Below, piece after piece: positions 63,065-64,000 of a DNA stretch of 64,000 bases (the stretch's first letter is position 1; every line of letters starts with the position of its first letter). Origin of the DNA: Octopus bimaculoides (Eukaryota); contig NC_068984.1 of assembly GCF_001194135.2 (NCBI RefSeq), positions 10,900,583-10,964,582 of the forward strand, written 5' to 3'. The notes under the pieces were generated by a model. It saw nothing but the letters and a program-made list of their open reading frames with translations, did no database searches and was not told the DNA's origin. The position numbers were made by a program, and so were the translations under genes.

Positions 63065-63305
63065 TCTCGAATCCTGGTATTCATATGGGTAGTTATCCTG
63101 TTTCCATGATGTATAAGCAACTGAAATCACAGCGTTCCCCTTGAATGGGAGAGCAACCCATCACAGGGGTACACATTTACAGCTGAGTGGACTGGAACAA
63201 CATGAAATCAAGTGTTTTGCTCAAGATCACAATGTACTGCCCAATCTGAGAATTGAAACCATGGTCTTACAATCACAAGTGCAACACCCTAACCACTAGG
63301 TCATA
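63065..63305 (-). mobile_element. Family B-related SINE
   Basis: 'cagctgagtggactggaacaacatgaaatcaagtgttttgctcaag...caccctaaccactagg', similar to 20393-20624. Confidence 0.72.
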
Positions 63306-63639
63306 CCCCTTCATTTGTTAGCACCTCTAGATCATATTCCCTGCTTGAATGTTGACATCCACTGAAAAGGTTTTCAGAATAATGAAATGTGATCCATTTA
63401 TGGTTGTTTGTTTCGGAAGTTTATTTAGCAATCACATAGTTCTGAGTTTAATCTATAGCCTCAGGTCAATAGAAACCTTGTGAGGAATGTTGGATAAATA
63501 GAAACTGTGTGGAAACCTGTGCTGTACATGTTGTTGGTTGGTAGATATGAATAATCCATTGTCTACTTTAAGACAATCCACCTGACCCACAGGTGTTTAT
63601 GGTGAAGTTCATTCTATTGTAAATATTTCAAACAGGTCT

Positions 63640-63782
63640 CTGATCTGAGAATAAATCCTTGTCAACTTTGCCTTCCATCCTTTCAGGATTGGTAAAATAA
63701 GTGCCAACTGAGCTCTGGAAGTTGATGTAATCGACTTACTCTCTCCCTTGAAATTTTTGGCCTTGTGTCAAAATTTTGATCC
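63640..63782 (+). mobile_element. Family C SINE, degenerate
   Basis: 'gtcaactttgccttccatcctttcagg...ggccttgtgtcaaaattt'. Confidence 0.65.
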
Positions 63783-63886
63783 AATGATTTAGCACCCATA
63801 ATGCTTAAAATTATTCCAGGATACACACCCCTCCCTAGAGACCAGTATTGACATCTCTGTGCATTCTCTCTCTCTAACTCTCTTTG

Positions 63887-63925
<39 letters not shown>

Positions 63926-63938
63926 CTATATATATTAT

Positions 63939-63992
<54 letters not shown>

Positions 63993-64000
63993 TATATATA

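Overview
AT-rich, repeat-saturated animal DNA with N gaps. The SINE, LINE and microsatellite landscape looks like an octopus (coleoid cephalopod) genome; this is recognition from memory, not a database match. The only convincing protein-coding signal is one 83-nt exon at 30121-30203 (+) encoding the second half of a WW domain (HDTETTDWIDPRLSHLHKSQTEDYSDD), best matching WW1 of MAGI-family scaffolds. I found no neighbouring MAGI exon, so the window is probably two giant introns (>30 kb and >33 kb). These contain three tRNA-headed SINE families (my labels A, B, C), many RTE-LINE 3' ends, decayed RT and REL-endonuclease fragments, and piggyBac-, hAT- and mariner-type MITEs. The most interesting non-coding signals are: several minimal type-I hammerhead-ribozyme-like cores of the Penelope-retroelement type, including one behind a tRNA-like head and two back-to-back in a palindrome; a dense set of long fold-back elements around the exon; and an in-frame candidate alternative terminal exon that would give a His-rich truncated MAGI. 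Nearly all ORFs in the supplied track are microsatellite or N-gap artefacts. Repeat boundaries are approximate (about +/-10-20 nt) unless TIRs define them.
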